64,000 bases of DNA, taken from Guillardia theta CCMP2712. Its lineage: Eukaryota; Protista; Cryptophyta. The notes below the pieces were generated by a model. It saw only the letters and a program-made list of their open reading frames with translations. It was not told the DNA's origin and searched no databases. Below, one piece after another: positions 44,900 through 56,402 of the stretch. The DNA lies in the NCBI RefSeq assembly GCF_000315625.1, contig NW_005434624.1, forward strand, positions 320,007 to 384,006, in the 5' to 3' direction. A program made the position numbers and the translations under genes. The stretch's first letter is position 1. Each line of letters begins with the position of its first letter.

Positions 44900-47800
44900 T
44901 GTGTTTTGACACCTCTTTGTCTCGTTTCGTGGACCTCTCCTCCTCGCTACTTTGTGTTCGGGTCTCGGAACAAACTCTTGACTCTTGCCCCCAGGCTGCA
45001 TTGAACGATGCAGGATTCGTCGAGAAGTTTGCACGCGACAAGTCCCGCATGGGCGATGCGCGAGCTCTCGGGGCTACCATGGGAATGTAGGCATGCCTCA
45101 GGAGCGTGATGTACACTAGTAGGCATTCTCCAGCAGTGCATTTTGAGTGCAATGAACGAGAAGTGACGATGTTTGAGTGATTTGATTGGATGGACCTGAA
45201 TTGTGTGGTTCCTTGGCTATTTGATTTCAAATTCTACATGCATACCTACTTCTACACAGGATATTCCAAGCTTGTTGCACAGCCTGTAGTTTGCGTGAGA
45301 ATGGCATAGGAGATCAAGCTTGCTCACTTCTTCCTCCTCGTTGAGATGTTCGACAAAAATGTCTGGTATCAACCCGCTGGAACAAGGGGTGAGATCAAGC
45401 ATTGTCGTGATCCCTTAACTTCACCTCCCCGCAATGCCACAGTGCTTAGGCGAGTCGAACTTGGCGATAGTCAGCTGTTGCTCGACGTTAGACAACAGGC
45501 GCTGAGATGATGCTTGTTAGCATCGACGGGATGGTACCTGCACGCCACTCCGATCGGAGAGCCTCACGATCGCCTGCAAGCCTCAGTAAGCAAAGAGACA
45601 GACACTCTCACGAGGAGGTCAGGGATTGCCTGAATGGTTCCCTTGCCGAATGTTGTCGTGCCCACCAGGATAGCTCGACCTGTCAAGTCTACTCACTCTC
45701 TGCATGCTGAACAGGGCACTCGAGCTCGACCGGAGTCTCTTAGAGCCGCAGCAACCAGCTCGCTGCTGGAGGCTGTGCCCTCGTCGACAAGGATCTTGAT
45801 GCACATCAGACATGAAGGAGCAGAGGGGTAGGACTTGCCATGATGGGCACGTTGGAGGGGATCAGTAAGCTCTCACTGCAGGATCACTTCACTAACCAGC
45901 ATCAGGAGCATAGAGATACATACCTGCAGGAAGAAATCGTCTGCTGGTGGCCGTGGGTCCCGTAAAAATGCACAATGACCTGTTGAAGAAATGAAAGGAA
46001 GTAAAAGGTGGGGCGAGGAAAGGATATGAGAGGATGTCGACAAGGAAAGCAGCAGAGGAAAGAAGCAGAGAGAGCAAGCTGGATGACTGAGGTGGAGCAT
46101 CTGACCTCCCCGTTGGGCAGGACGGATTCACATAGGCTGATCTGCGAGCAGTCACTTCTTGCTACAAGTTGCTTCTGTCTTCACCCCCGATCTCAACAAG
46201 CCGCCCATGTTGCCCCTAGGGAGGGCGCGATAAGGATGGGAAGAGCGGGAGGTGAGTGCTTCTGACCTGAGATCCAGCATGTAAAGATCGATACCTCCTT
46301 CTCGGTGCAGCCGGGTGACGGCTTCTTCCAGCTTCAAGGAGGTGAGAAAGAGTCTGTCATCACAATCCTCTTGCCTCCGCCATAGTCTTCGTGTTGAAAT
46401 CGAAGACGCGAAGGTACCCGACGTCCTTGTTTCTAACGATCCCATCCTGTTTGATGCTGCAGGCCATCCGCATCCCCCAGGCAGCCTGAGATGAAGCTGA
46501 GCTGCAAGCTTCACTCACCTCCCTACCGCAACCTCCTCCGACGGCATCTTACTCCTCGTCAACTCGATCACGGAGGAAGGAGGCTGATGCCTCTGCAGCG
46601 CGATGCTCAGCAAGCTGCTCCCTAGCGAGCAATCCGGAGAGCAGGAAGAGGATGGAGGGGAAGGGATGACTTTCAGGGAAAGTTTGGATCCTATCGATCA
46701 CAATCAGACAGCAGTTTGTGCCTTCTTGCAACGCCTCCTACCCGGAGCTCCTCTGAGCTCCTCTTCCATCTCCTCCCTTGTCCCCTCACACGACAGGCTG
46801 CCATGTGTCACTGACGACCAAACGACGGAAACGTGGCCGCTAACCTGCTCTCCTCCGTTACGATTACATCTCCTCTCTTCAGCCCTGCTGCGTCCGCTGG
46901 GCCGTTGGGACGAACTCGCCGGATCCTGCCCGCAACAACTTCATTCCCTCCTCCTGTTATCCTTCATCCTCCTTCTTATCAACATCATCATCCCCTCCTA
47001 CTCCCTCTCCCTCTTCAGATCTCTTACCAGAGCGAAGGAGAGAAGCGAATACTGGGCAAGCAATCGTCAAGATAGCAACATGGACAAGTGCGCCTGAGGT
47101 ACCGCGAGCAAGGCAGGCCATCGTCATCTGAGATGAATAGACTAGCCACGAATCCTGTGACAGTCCCTTACAAAGTTTCCTTTGGAAAGGATGTAACTCT
47201 GAGGTACCTCTCTGCAGCGACAGTCCAACGTCCCCTTCCTCCTCGTCCTCCCCGTTGGGGTCAATCACTTGGATCAGCTCGGTAAGCTGGCTTGGGCGGT
47301 AGAACCTTGTGTATCTTAGGCAACATCACCTTACGGCACAAGAAGCAGAAGGCTAAGTGAGAACAACTTGTCTGGAAGGCTCGAGACCATCGTGTCGATC
47401 AGCCCGTAACATTCATCCTGCCCGACGACAGGAAAAGTTCACAAGGCGACTAGGCAGCAGCAGCACTACCCGGGTTTCTATCTTGCGGCCCCGGATGAGT
47501 CGAGGGATCTGCACGAACCATCTCTTAGGTAAGGATGGGGAGAACGTGCAAGACCACGACCTCATCCCATGTGACCACCTGGTTCTTGCTAGCCCCAAAC
47601 AGCTTGTTCTGTCCACGTCGTCATGCCCCCTTCCCCCTTGCCAGACGCATAACATACAAGTTCCGGGGAATCCAGTCTCTGCATACAGAGATCACTTCCC
47701 TTCACATTCCTGCTATCACTTGCCTGGTTCAATGCGTTCTGGTCGATGAACTCTTTCCTCCTGCCGCTCTTGTAAGTGAGAAACCTGACTCAAATGTCTT

Positions 47801-48558
47801 TCGCCTACACAAGGTCCCAGGCCTCCAACGCCAGTGAATGATACGCTGTGAGCTGTACCCCGCCCTCCCCCTCGTCCCCCCCTCCCATCCCTTCCTCTAA
47901 CTTCTTGGAAGGCTCCCACTTGCCGTTCCATAGAGGTCTGTCAGAGAACGCGAAAGCAATGTCCCCCACGCGTCGCTCCTCTACGTTGCGTACACCAGGA
48001 CCGTCCGCCCTCAGCAGCTCGCATGAGCGACTGCTCGTAGAGTGCAGACTGAACAAGAGGAGGAACACCAACAACATGTGAACGCGCAGAGCCGACATCG
48101 CCCTCAGGAACCCCCACATGACGATGCGGGCATGGCCGACAAGCACTTGGACGAGAGCAATGAGACCTAACATGGCACCACCTGCGCGCGGGATCAACAG
48201 GAGGCGGTAGAGACAGGTAGACTGGACCCGAACGACGAAGATGCTGCGGCTCAGCCTCCGCTGCGCTGCCCCTCGCATCCCTGAGGGGGATCGAAGATCC
48301 AATGGGGCAACCGACCTGATCGAGAGCCCCTGACCTCTCTCCAATCCTGCTTCTCCTCGTGCGGATGGCCAAGAAGCGTGGCCTACTTGCCTGGCGGCGA
48401 GACGAAGAGCTGAAACCCTGAAGACAGCATACTCGCTGCATTGTCAGCGCTTCGTGACCCGGATAGGCAGGAGGGCCCCGCAAGCTCGTGGGTGGATCTA
48501 GAAAAGCATCGCCCGGGAAGCTGGAGAAGAGCAGGAGGATGAGTTTCAGCACTGGCAT
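44900..48558 (-). CDS. Multi-exon hypothetical protein with a bipartite plastid-targeting-like leader (3' extent uncertain)
   Basis: MPVLKLILLLFSSFPGDA-F is a signal peptide followed by Phe, as in secondary-red-plastid targeting. Many short exons; no recognised domain. Confidence 0.35.
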
Positions 48559-50185
48559 CCTCGCTGTCCCTAGGAACGTAAGAAGTTACCATCGATCTGA
48601 AGATACAATTCTTGGCTGCCCACACAAACTGATGAGCTTGCAAGTCACAGGATTGTGCGAACATGCTGCTACACCAATCTTGCCTCCTTGTGCAGCCTTG
48701 CTTACCTTTCTCTCTTCCTCCTCTCCCTCTTTCCTCTGGATCTGCTTCCCCTCACTCGCTGTCTACGATTCCTTCCTCCTCCCATATGATCAGCCCGGAC
48801 TACTGAGAGCCTGATTGCCCTCGTACAGATTTTTAACTTAACTTTGAGTAAACATCATTACTGAGCGGCTCAGTGACTTTGCCACTCGGAGTGTATTGAA
48901 GGCCGGCCACTGGGGGCGGCAGGCCTGACTCTGTGAGTCGGAGGGCCGTCCGTCACGGCGTGGCAATCAGGCCCTGACCTCAGTGAGAGTCTGAGGGAGG
49001 CTTGACAGGGGGGCTGACTACTGCGCAGGGGCCAGCCGCTCCGCGAATCGGACTTGAACTTGCCTTAAAGGGCGTGTAGAATTAAAACATTTTACAAGGT
49101 ACCAGGAAACGATAAGCTAAACATCCAAAATTACTTTTAATCACAGTTTTGAACATGGTTTGAATTTCAACAGTACAGAATTTCAACCTGCGCGAATCAC
49201 ACGCCGTGTACCCCCATTTTCCCATGCACCACCCCCTTGAAAATATGGGACGAGAACCAACGCGGTTTGACCCCAGAATGCCACGGAACGGCCTGCGGGC
49301 CGCCCGGGCCGCAGTCCGACAGTCCGATCCGATCACTGTCAGGGTCAAGCCTCTTCGATTCGGTGACTCTCCTGATTGTCTTCCGAAGTTCGTACGGGCC
49401 GGAGTCACGGTACTAATCTTTAACTCAGTTAACCGTCACGGTGGAAGTTTGAGTAGTAAAGGGTCGGGCGTCCCGAGTCCGGGTGACCCGGCGTACGGCG
49501 CAGATCCACGAGGCGAACCGGGAGGCCGCGAGTCACAGTCACTCGAGTCGGGCCCATGTCTCAGTTCTTCAGTAATGAAGCTACCGGGGCGGTTCTCTGA
49601 TCACAAAAGAGGGGTGGGGTAGAGCGAGACTCACTCTTGGCCGTGCTGATGAATATGAGAAATGGTTGAATTTGGGGGTGGGGTACTCAAGGAGGGGGTG
49701 GGGGTAAACTTGTGAAGTCGGAGAGTCGCGATGGAAGAGACGAGAAGGGAGGGAGGGAGGGAGGGAGGGAGGGAGGGAGGGAGGGAGTATCTACGAAACA
49801 GAATGAGAAGATGGACGGATGTTTAGAAGTAGAGATGAACGTGATGCAGGAGGGAAACGTGGTATGGGATAGAATCAGGAAGAGGATTCGAGGGAGGACA
49901 AGTTAATCCCTTGCTGTCAAACACGAGGAAGGAAGGGCAGCAGATGAAACATGTACGCATCCACATAGAATGGAACTAAGAATATACATGGGAAGAGAAA
50001 TCTTTGAACGATGATCAGTGACATCGGAGTTAGGTTTGGTTGCGAGGGTGTACATTTCGGCAACTTGTTGCTGACATGGTGGCGCAGGTAATGGTGAGCT
50101 GTGGAGGGTCTTCTGAGCGTCAGCTCCCAAGTGGGATATCTGCGTTGAATCTCGACTGAGGTGGTTGGCAAAGGCGGGCTGTAGC

Positions 50186-53100
50186 ATGGCGTTTATTCCC
50201 GGCTTCTCGGCTTCAGAGGCAGGGATGAGAGTGGCCTTGGACGGCATGGATGAGGATGGCCGCTTGACTGAGATGTACCGCACGTCTGATGAGGGATGGG
50301 AGGCAGCGAAGAGCGAGTTCGTCATGACGAGCACCAACGAGTGGGGGTCCCCGACCTGCCACCACTACTTCGCCATCCAGTTCGTCGAGTGTGACTCAGT
50401 CTGCTGGCGCATCGGGGTTGCCCACGAGTCCTTCCCCTCCTACGACTTGTGGACCTGGTTCAAGACCTTCGAGGTCGGCGAGCCTCCTCCTTGGGCGCTG
50501 CTCTTGGCCGGCGGCAAGTCGAGCATCATGGCGTATCCCCCGAGCATAGTGAAGTCAGGAGGCACTGAGTTCAACCTAAAGCGGCGGAAGCCTGTCTCCG
50601 TACCCAAGCTAGACTCGAGCCTCTACTTCGACCGGGCTGGACGGCTGCGCTTGCAGGCCGGGGACATCATCGGGGTTGGCTGTGACATGGGAAGCCACAA
50701 CAGGGACGTGGTCGTCAGCTTCTACATCAACGGGGTCTTGATCCACGACCCGCTACACTTGTACGCCAGCCCTGAAGAGAGGTGGGTGGCGTTTGTGTGT
50801 CTTGGCAACAGCAAGTGCCGAGTGAAGATGATCAAGAACTCTGAGGCGACGTGGGACCGGCCAGAGCAGTTCGCCATCAAGAAGGCCGACTTGAGTATGG
50901 GCAAGGGGAAGCCGACCTTTGATGGGGCCGGGTGGCTGTCAATCCAGAAGATGTTCGGGGGATGGGAGAGGTCATGGTTCGTGCTGGGATCAGACGACTT
51001 CTTCTACGCTCCTAACCCGAAGCTGCAGATCACGTTGCACAAAGGAAAGGGTCTAGATGTGATGGACCTCAACGGTTTCTCGGACCCTTACGTGCAGATC
51101 AGGATCGGGGCGGAGAAGTTCTCGTCCTTCAGCTCCACTGCGGGCACGAAGAACAAGAAGGGGGAGGTGATGTGGAACATGCAGACGTCCACGATCAAGT
51201 ACAAGACGCTGGAGCCTGAGTGGCAGGAGACGTTTGTGTTGGACATCGTGGACCTGGATGGGTGGGTGACCTTCTCTTGCTTTGACAAGGATCAGTTCTC
51301 TGCCGACGACCTGATCGGAGAGTTCTCCTTGCCGTTGAGGGAGATCGAGGCCGCTTCCCACAAGGCGTCCACTATCCCAAAGTTCCTCCACCAGTGGTAC
51401 TCGATGAGCAGGAGCAACTCCAAAGTCTCGTCGGGGAGCCTGCAGTTGTCGCTCATGCTGATCACCGAGGCCGAGACGGAGCCGCAGGAGTCGCAGAAGA
51501 AGAAGAACAAGAAGAATGACAAGGTCAAGAGATTCAAGCTCGACTCCATCACCAACATCAGGAGGGGCAAACTGGATACCGACTTTTCGTTCGACTACAA
51601 ACAGACGCTGGTGAACTCTACTTACAACCTGCGATGCGACAAGCCTGCGATGCGAGAAGGTAACAAGAGAGGGGGAGGGGGAGGGGGAAAAAGATAGGCG
51701 GAGAGAAAAGCGACTGACGCCCAACGTCATCCTCCTCTCCATCAGCTGACGCTACCTCCTTGCTCCTCTGCTACACCCCGTTGACTGCGACTGACCTGTC
51801 CTTATGTAGAATGGGTAAAAGAGCTCAGCTTCGCTACCAAAGTGCGAGGTGATCGCATCCTCTCCTGCCCTCTCGCCTTGTCTCATAAGTTCCTCAGAGA
51901 TGGGAGCCAAGGCAAGGACGCGACTGTGCGAGACGTTGAAGAGACCTGTGCGCTAAACATCTTCTGACTTGATCTCCTCCTCATCCTCCTCTCCCCATCC
52001 CCTTCTCCCTCCCCCTCTCCCCTCTGCTTGTCTTCCTTTCTTCGATCCCCTTCCTCCTCCTCATATTGACAGTGCATGATCTTATTCATCCTAGAAACCC
52101 GAGAGAGGATCGGATGGCAAGCCCATCCTCGTCATGGATCCCTCCAACGACATGAAGTCTGGATTCTCTCGTGTCGCGGTATCCTCACTCTAATCCCCCT
52201 CTCCTCTTCCTCCGCTCACACGTTTTCCTCCCAGCGGAGGTGGAAAGCACACCCCCTGTCCCAATTTTTCCTCAACAACCAGGCGATCAAGTTTGAGTAT
52301 CAGGTGTGACAGCTTCTCGCTGCCTCCTCCTCCCCGTTTGTCTCCTCCCATTTCTCTTCCCCCCTCCTCCATCTCATCGACAACGATCATGATGAATCCA
52401 CGTCAGTGCACGGACAACGACGTGGATGAAATTGCCGAGGCTCTTGCTAACAATCAATGGTGCACAGTCCTCCGCCTCGACAACCTCAGCAAGGTGACTC
52501 CACTCTCCTGCTCCTCCAGTCTCTTCCCCCCTCCCAGCCTTGCCCTCGTTTTCACTGTGGCCGTGGGCGAAGCCTAACAGCGGTCGCAGCCTGGGTATAT
52601 CACTGACGACGGAGCCACCCGACTCGCTGAGAGTCTTCGGGTGAACACCGTCCTAAAGGTCTTCACTCCTTCCTCCCCTACCCGCAATCTCCTCCGCTCT
52701 CTTCCTCTCCTCTCTCGTTCTCTCTTCCCCGGCCTCACTCCATCTCCTTGGCTCTACCCTGCTTGTCTCCTCACATTCGTTCCACCAGGAGCTGCATCTC
52801 GGAGGCAACCTCATCAAGGATGCGGGCGCTACGGAGCTCGCAGAGGTTGTGGACGAGGGAGGACTTGACGAGATTGACGAGACAGCAGGCGCTCCGCACC
52901 AACACGACGCTTGTCAAACTTACGCTGGACGGGAACGAGATAACGTCACGAGGATGCGTCAGCTTCGTCGCCGTCCTTGAAGGATCCTCGCATCATCCTC
53001 CCAACCTGACGCTCGAGGAGCTCAGCCTCAAGGTGACGGTGCTGCTGCGCCCTTCATGCTGACTGACTTGGATCGATGTAGTTGAATAAGGTACCACACC

Positions 53101-53196
53101 TCGAGTCCGGGAGGGTCGCCAACTGCTGGATCGCAGGGGACGCCTTGTGAAGCAGCGAGCATTGAGCACAAATGTAACGAGATTGCACAAGCCTGA
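50186..53196 (+). CDS. SPRY + split PH/C2 + LRR multidomain protein (multi-exon; 5' end may extend upstream)
   Basis: SPRY: AGDIIGVGCDM...FYING. PH N-half: GWLSIQKMFGGWERSWFVL. C2: MDLNGFSDPYV...KTLEPEWQETF...FDKDQFSADDLIG. RNI-like LRRs: LAESLRVNTVLKELHLGGNLIKDAGATELAE. Confidence 0.85.
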
Positions 53197-53234
53197 GAGG
53201 ATCTTAGTGACATCTTGTGTCGATTGCATTAAAG

Positions 53235-53776
53235 TTATTTGTGCGAGGCAGCGAAATATGTTGTCTTAACATACTCGTTTTCGAATAGCTTGACAACACC
53301 AGTAGCCTGCGATTGAGTCAACAGGAATGTTCTCGTCACAAGCAGAGAGCATACAAAAGTCGTTGCCAGGGAGATAGTGAGGACAGTGGCGAGAGCCAGG
53401 GGACCATAAGGGTCGTCAAAGCTGCCCTCGTCCTTTCGCCTTATGCGTCTCCTCCTCCAGAAGAAAGTGTTCACTGAACCCACGGCATGTCAGCGCAACG
53501 GGGCGAGTGACCTCTGGACTTACTTGCGTACACACAGAAGCAGATTGCCGTGATGACAAGCACGTTGCTCATGATCTGAATGGCCCCGGCCTGGCTCGAG
53601 TTCGCCTTCCCGAAAGCCACGAGAGCAGACGCTATTGACCCGAGGGTCACCGACATAGAAAGCCAGTTGAGGAATGTTCTCTCGTTGGCGAGGAACGTCT
53701 TGGGCTCGACGCGAGTGATTCTGTTTGGCGGCTCTATCGGCGCACAGCATGCGCAGACTTCCTCGAACGCAGCCAT
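53235..53776 (-). CDS. VTC1: Vacuolar transporter chaperone 1 (DUF202, 3 TM; multi-exon)
   Basis: Small protein with [20 protein letters not shown] helices and [11 protein letters not shown]...FDDPYGP. Confidence 0.88.
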
Positions 53777-54036
53777 CTGCGATCAGCACGTCAGAGGAGC
53801 TCGAAACTTAGCGAATCACGTGGGTATTAGTTCAGAATCTTACAAGGTCAGCATTTCCCTGCAGCCGACCCCTCCCATCATTGCCCAAGACAAGTACCGA
53901 GGGCACAGCTCGATCACAACCCCACCCTCAACCAATTCAGATTCCTCCAGCTGTCTCACGTTTCTCTAGGCCCACAGGTTCCAGGAAACCGAGCCTGTTG
54001 CGCTGCCGCTCTGATTTCTAGTGCTGGCTCTCGATC

Positions 54037-54177
54037 GAGTACGGGACATCGACCATCATCGAGTACAGGACTTCGACCATCATCAAGTACAGGACTTCGA
54101 CCATCAGGGGAAGCCATTTGTCTCCTCCACTAAATCTATCAACAGAGAGTGTCTCCTCCACTAAATCTGTCAACAGC
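54037..54177 (+). repeat. Short tandem repeats upstream of VTC1 (24 bp x3; ~31 bp x2)
   Basis: AGTACRGGACWTCGACCATCA three times and TGTCTCCTCCACTAAATCTRTCAACAG twice. Confidence 0.85.
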
Positions 54178-56402
54178 CGTTTCCTGTATGACCTTCTCCA
54201 CCGCCTCCTTGCCTCTTATGTTCTCAACCATGTCTTACTGCCTCAAACACCTGATCTCTTCCAACATCCTCACTCTTTTTCAACTTTATCATCAGTGGCC
54301 CCTCGCAATGTCATCGCATGCTAGTTTCTTCCGTGCTGCCCCTCAATCTTGTCCTTTTCGATGTTCTGCCTCTGCCGATCAATCCCTTCCAGTTCGTTTA
54401 TCCTGTTCTTCCTCTCTTACGATAAAACTTCTCCTCGCATCTCTTTCTTGCTTGCTTCTCCTTCGTCGGTCCCTCCCCTCGTTCCCTCCCCTCCCCTCCT
54501 CCCTTGTCGCTTCCTCTGCATCTCCCTACCATCCGGCTTGCCCACCCCACCCCTCTTGAAATGCCACCCCGACCCTGTCACTCACCACAGAACTACCCGT
54601 CATTGCTAATCTACGTCCCGAATCAACCACCCCTACCCTTTCCAAGTAGGCCCACCCCACATTGCTGCACAATCCCGGGCGACAATCATCCACCCCACCC
54701 CAGAGGACGGAAGATGTTAAATACGTATCTTAATTAAAATAACGCCGCCACTGCAGTCACACACGTTTGATCAGTCACGAGAACCGCCAGGCCCGAAGGA
54801 GAAGTTGATCGGTAGACTATCTCCGACGTGCCTAGCCGGTTGACCCAGCGTTTCCCGCTCGCTACCCCACAGCATTGAATGGCTCGAATTAAATTACACA
54901 ATACTCAAATTTAAGTTACTCCCACTCCCGTCTCAGTCACTGTCCAGTAATTCGCAACGATTCGTAAAAAAACTAAAAGATTTGAGAGCCAGTCATCACC
55001 CCCACCCCCCCCAATTACCATCATTTTACATGTGCATACCGGGTCTCAAGAGACCCCAGATTCCTCGCCTCACCCTCATCATAACAAGTGCAAAAATGCA
55101 CCTTATAAAAAGGAGGGTGGTCGGAGTTGGATCAACCATTATGACGGGTACTTTGATGTGGTCAAATCCAGTAGAAACCACCGGTGTTGAAAAAAAATTA
55201 CCCCACCCCCCCTTTCTGTCCAAGTACGTCTCCTCGTCTAGAGACGTAAGAAGCACCCACCCGTATCTACCAACTACCCCTACTATTCATCCTCTATTCT
55301 TCTGTGGACAAACGGGGTTGTCCGGAATTTTTCCTGTCTACCCTGGACCAGAGTTTCCTTAGAGCCAGGACCCCCTCCCCCCCCCCCCCCCCCCCGTCCA
55401 CTCACTTCTTTGCACCCTACCCCCATTTCTCCAATGCTACACCCCTGTCGCTCAAATGTTTACTGCACCCGACGGTCTCCCATTCGTGACCCTGGACGTC
55501 TACGCCTCCCCTCGTGGCTGTAGGACCCTGCCGCAATGGAGTACCCCACCCCCCTGGGAACTCCTACAGCCTTCCCTATCTTCCTATCTTTCTTGCTATC
55601 CGACGCAACCCTTTTGTGGCGTCCCACCCCGAATGATAGTCTCTATCGTACCCCTCATAGACCACTCCTACCACCCACCCAATGTTTTTCGATGTATTAC
55701 TTTTTTTAGTCACTTCACTTTCCCGCCGCCATTCCTCGGTACCCACCCACTACCGCACGATTCCTACCCACCTTCAATTACTGAGAACCCACCCCATTGG
55801 ATTGCACCAGGCAACAAGACCCTGCCATTCAACTAGCATCAGCCACCCCACCCCACCTTGTCAAATTCAACCCCACCCCCGCTGCTCCTAGTATCCTCGG
55901 GTACGCCCCTCTGCGCGGCACCACATGCAGACAGCAGGGGAGGAGGGGGGGGAGGGGGAGGGGAGAGGCAGGAGAATCGATCGATCGCTTTCTTCGCGTG
56001 AAATGACGTCGTCTTGCCGCATGCCTCTCAGATCTCTTGGCTAGCCTATGGCCCCGGCAGTGAAGCATGTTTGCGGACGGTTGTGAGTAGTGGACGTCAG
56101 TTCCACGTTTTCTAGCGCGAGAGCGACGAGGGAATCGAGGTGTTGTATAGAAATAATGGATTAGAATCGGTTGGATAAATGTTCCCCAGCTCGTATCAGA
56201 AAAAATACAAATGAGATCCCATAGCTTAGTGTCTGTTCATAGCGATGGAAGACAAACTACAAAATGGTTCAGGGGCTGGATCGAGAAAGAGTTCAACATT
56301 AGGAACCTATAAACTTCTTGGCTGTTTGCTATATTTGAAGAGAATCTGTCGCTCAATGAGTTTCTAGATCATGATGTGGTTGTATCAGGTTGATTGTCCG
56401 GC

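Noticed and set aside
49063-49080. TTAAAGGG as a possible TTAA-targeting transposon end (also near 21143)
   Set aside because: No matching inverted terminus was found.
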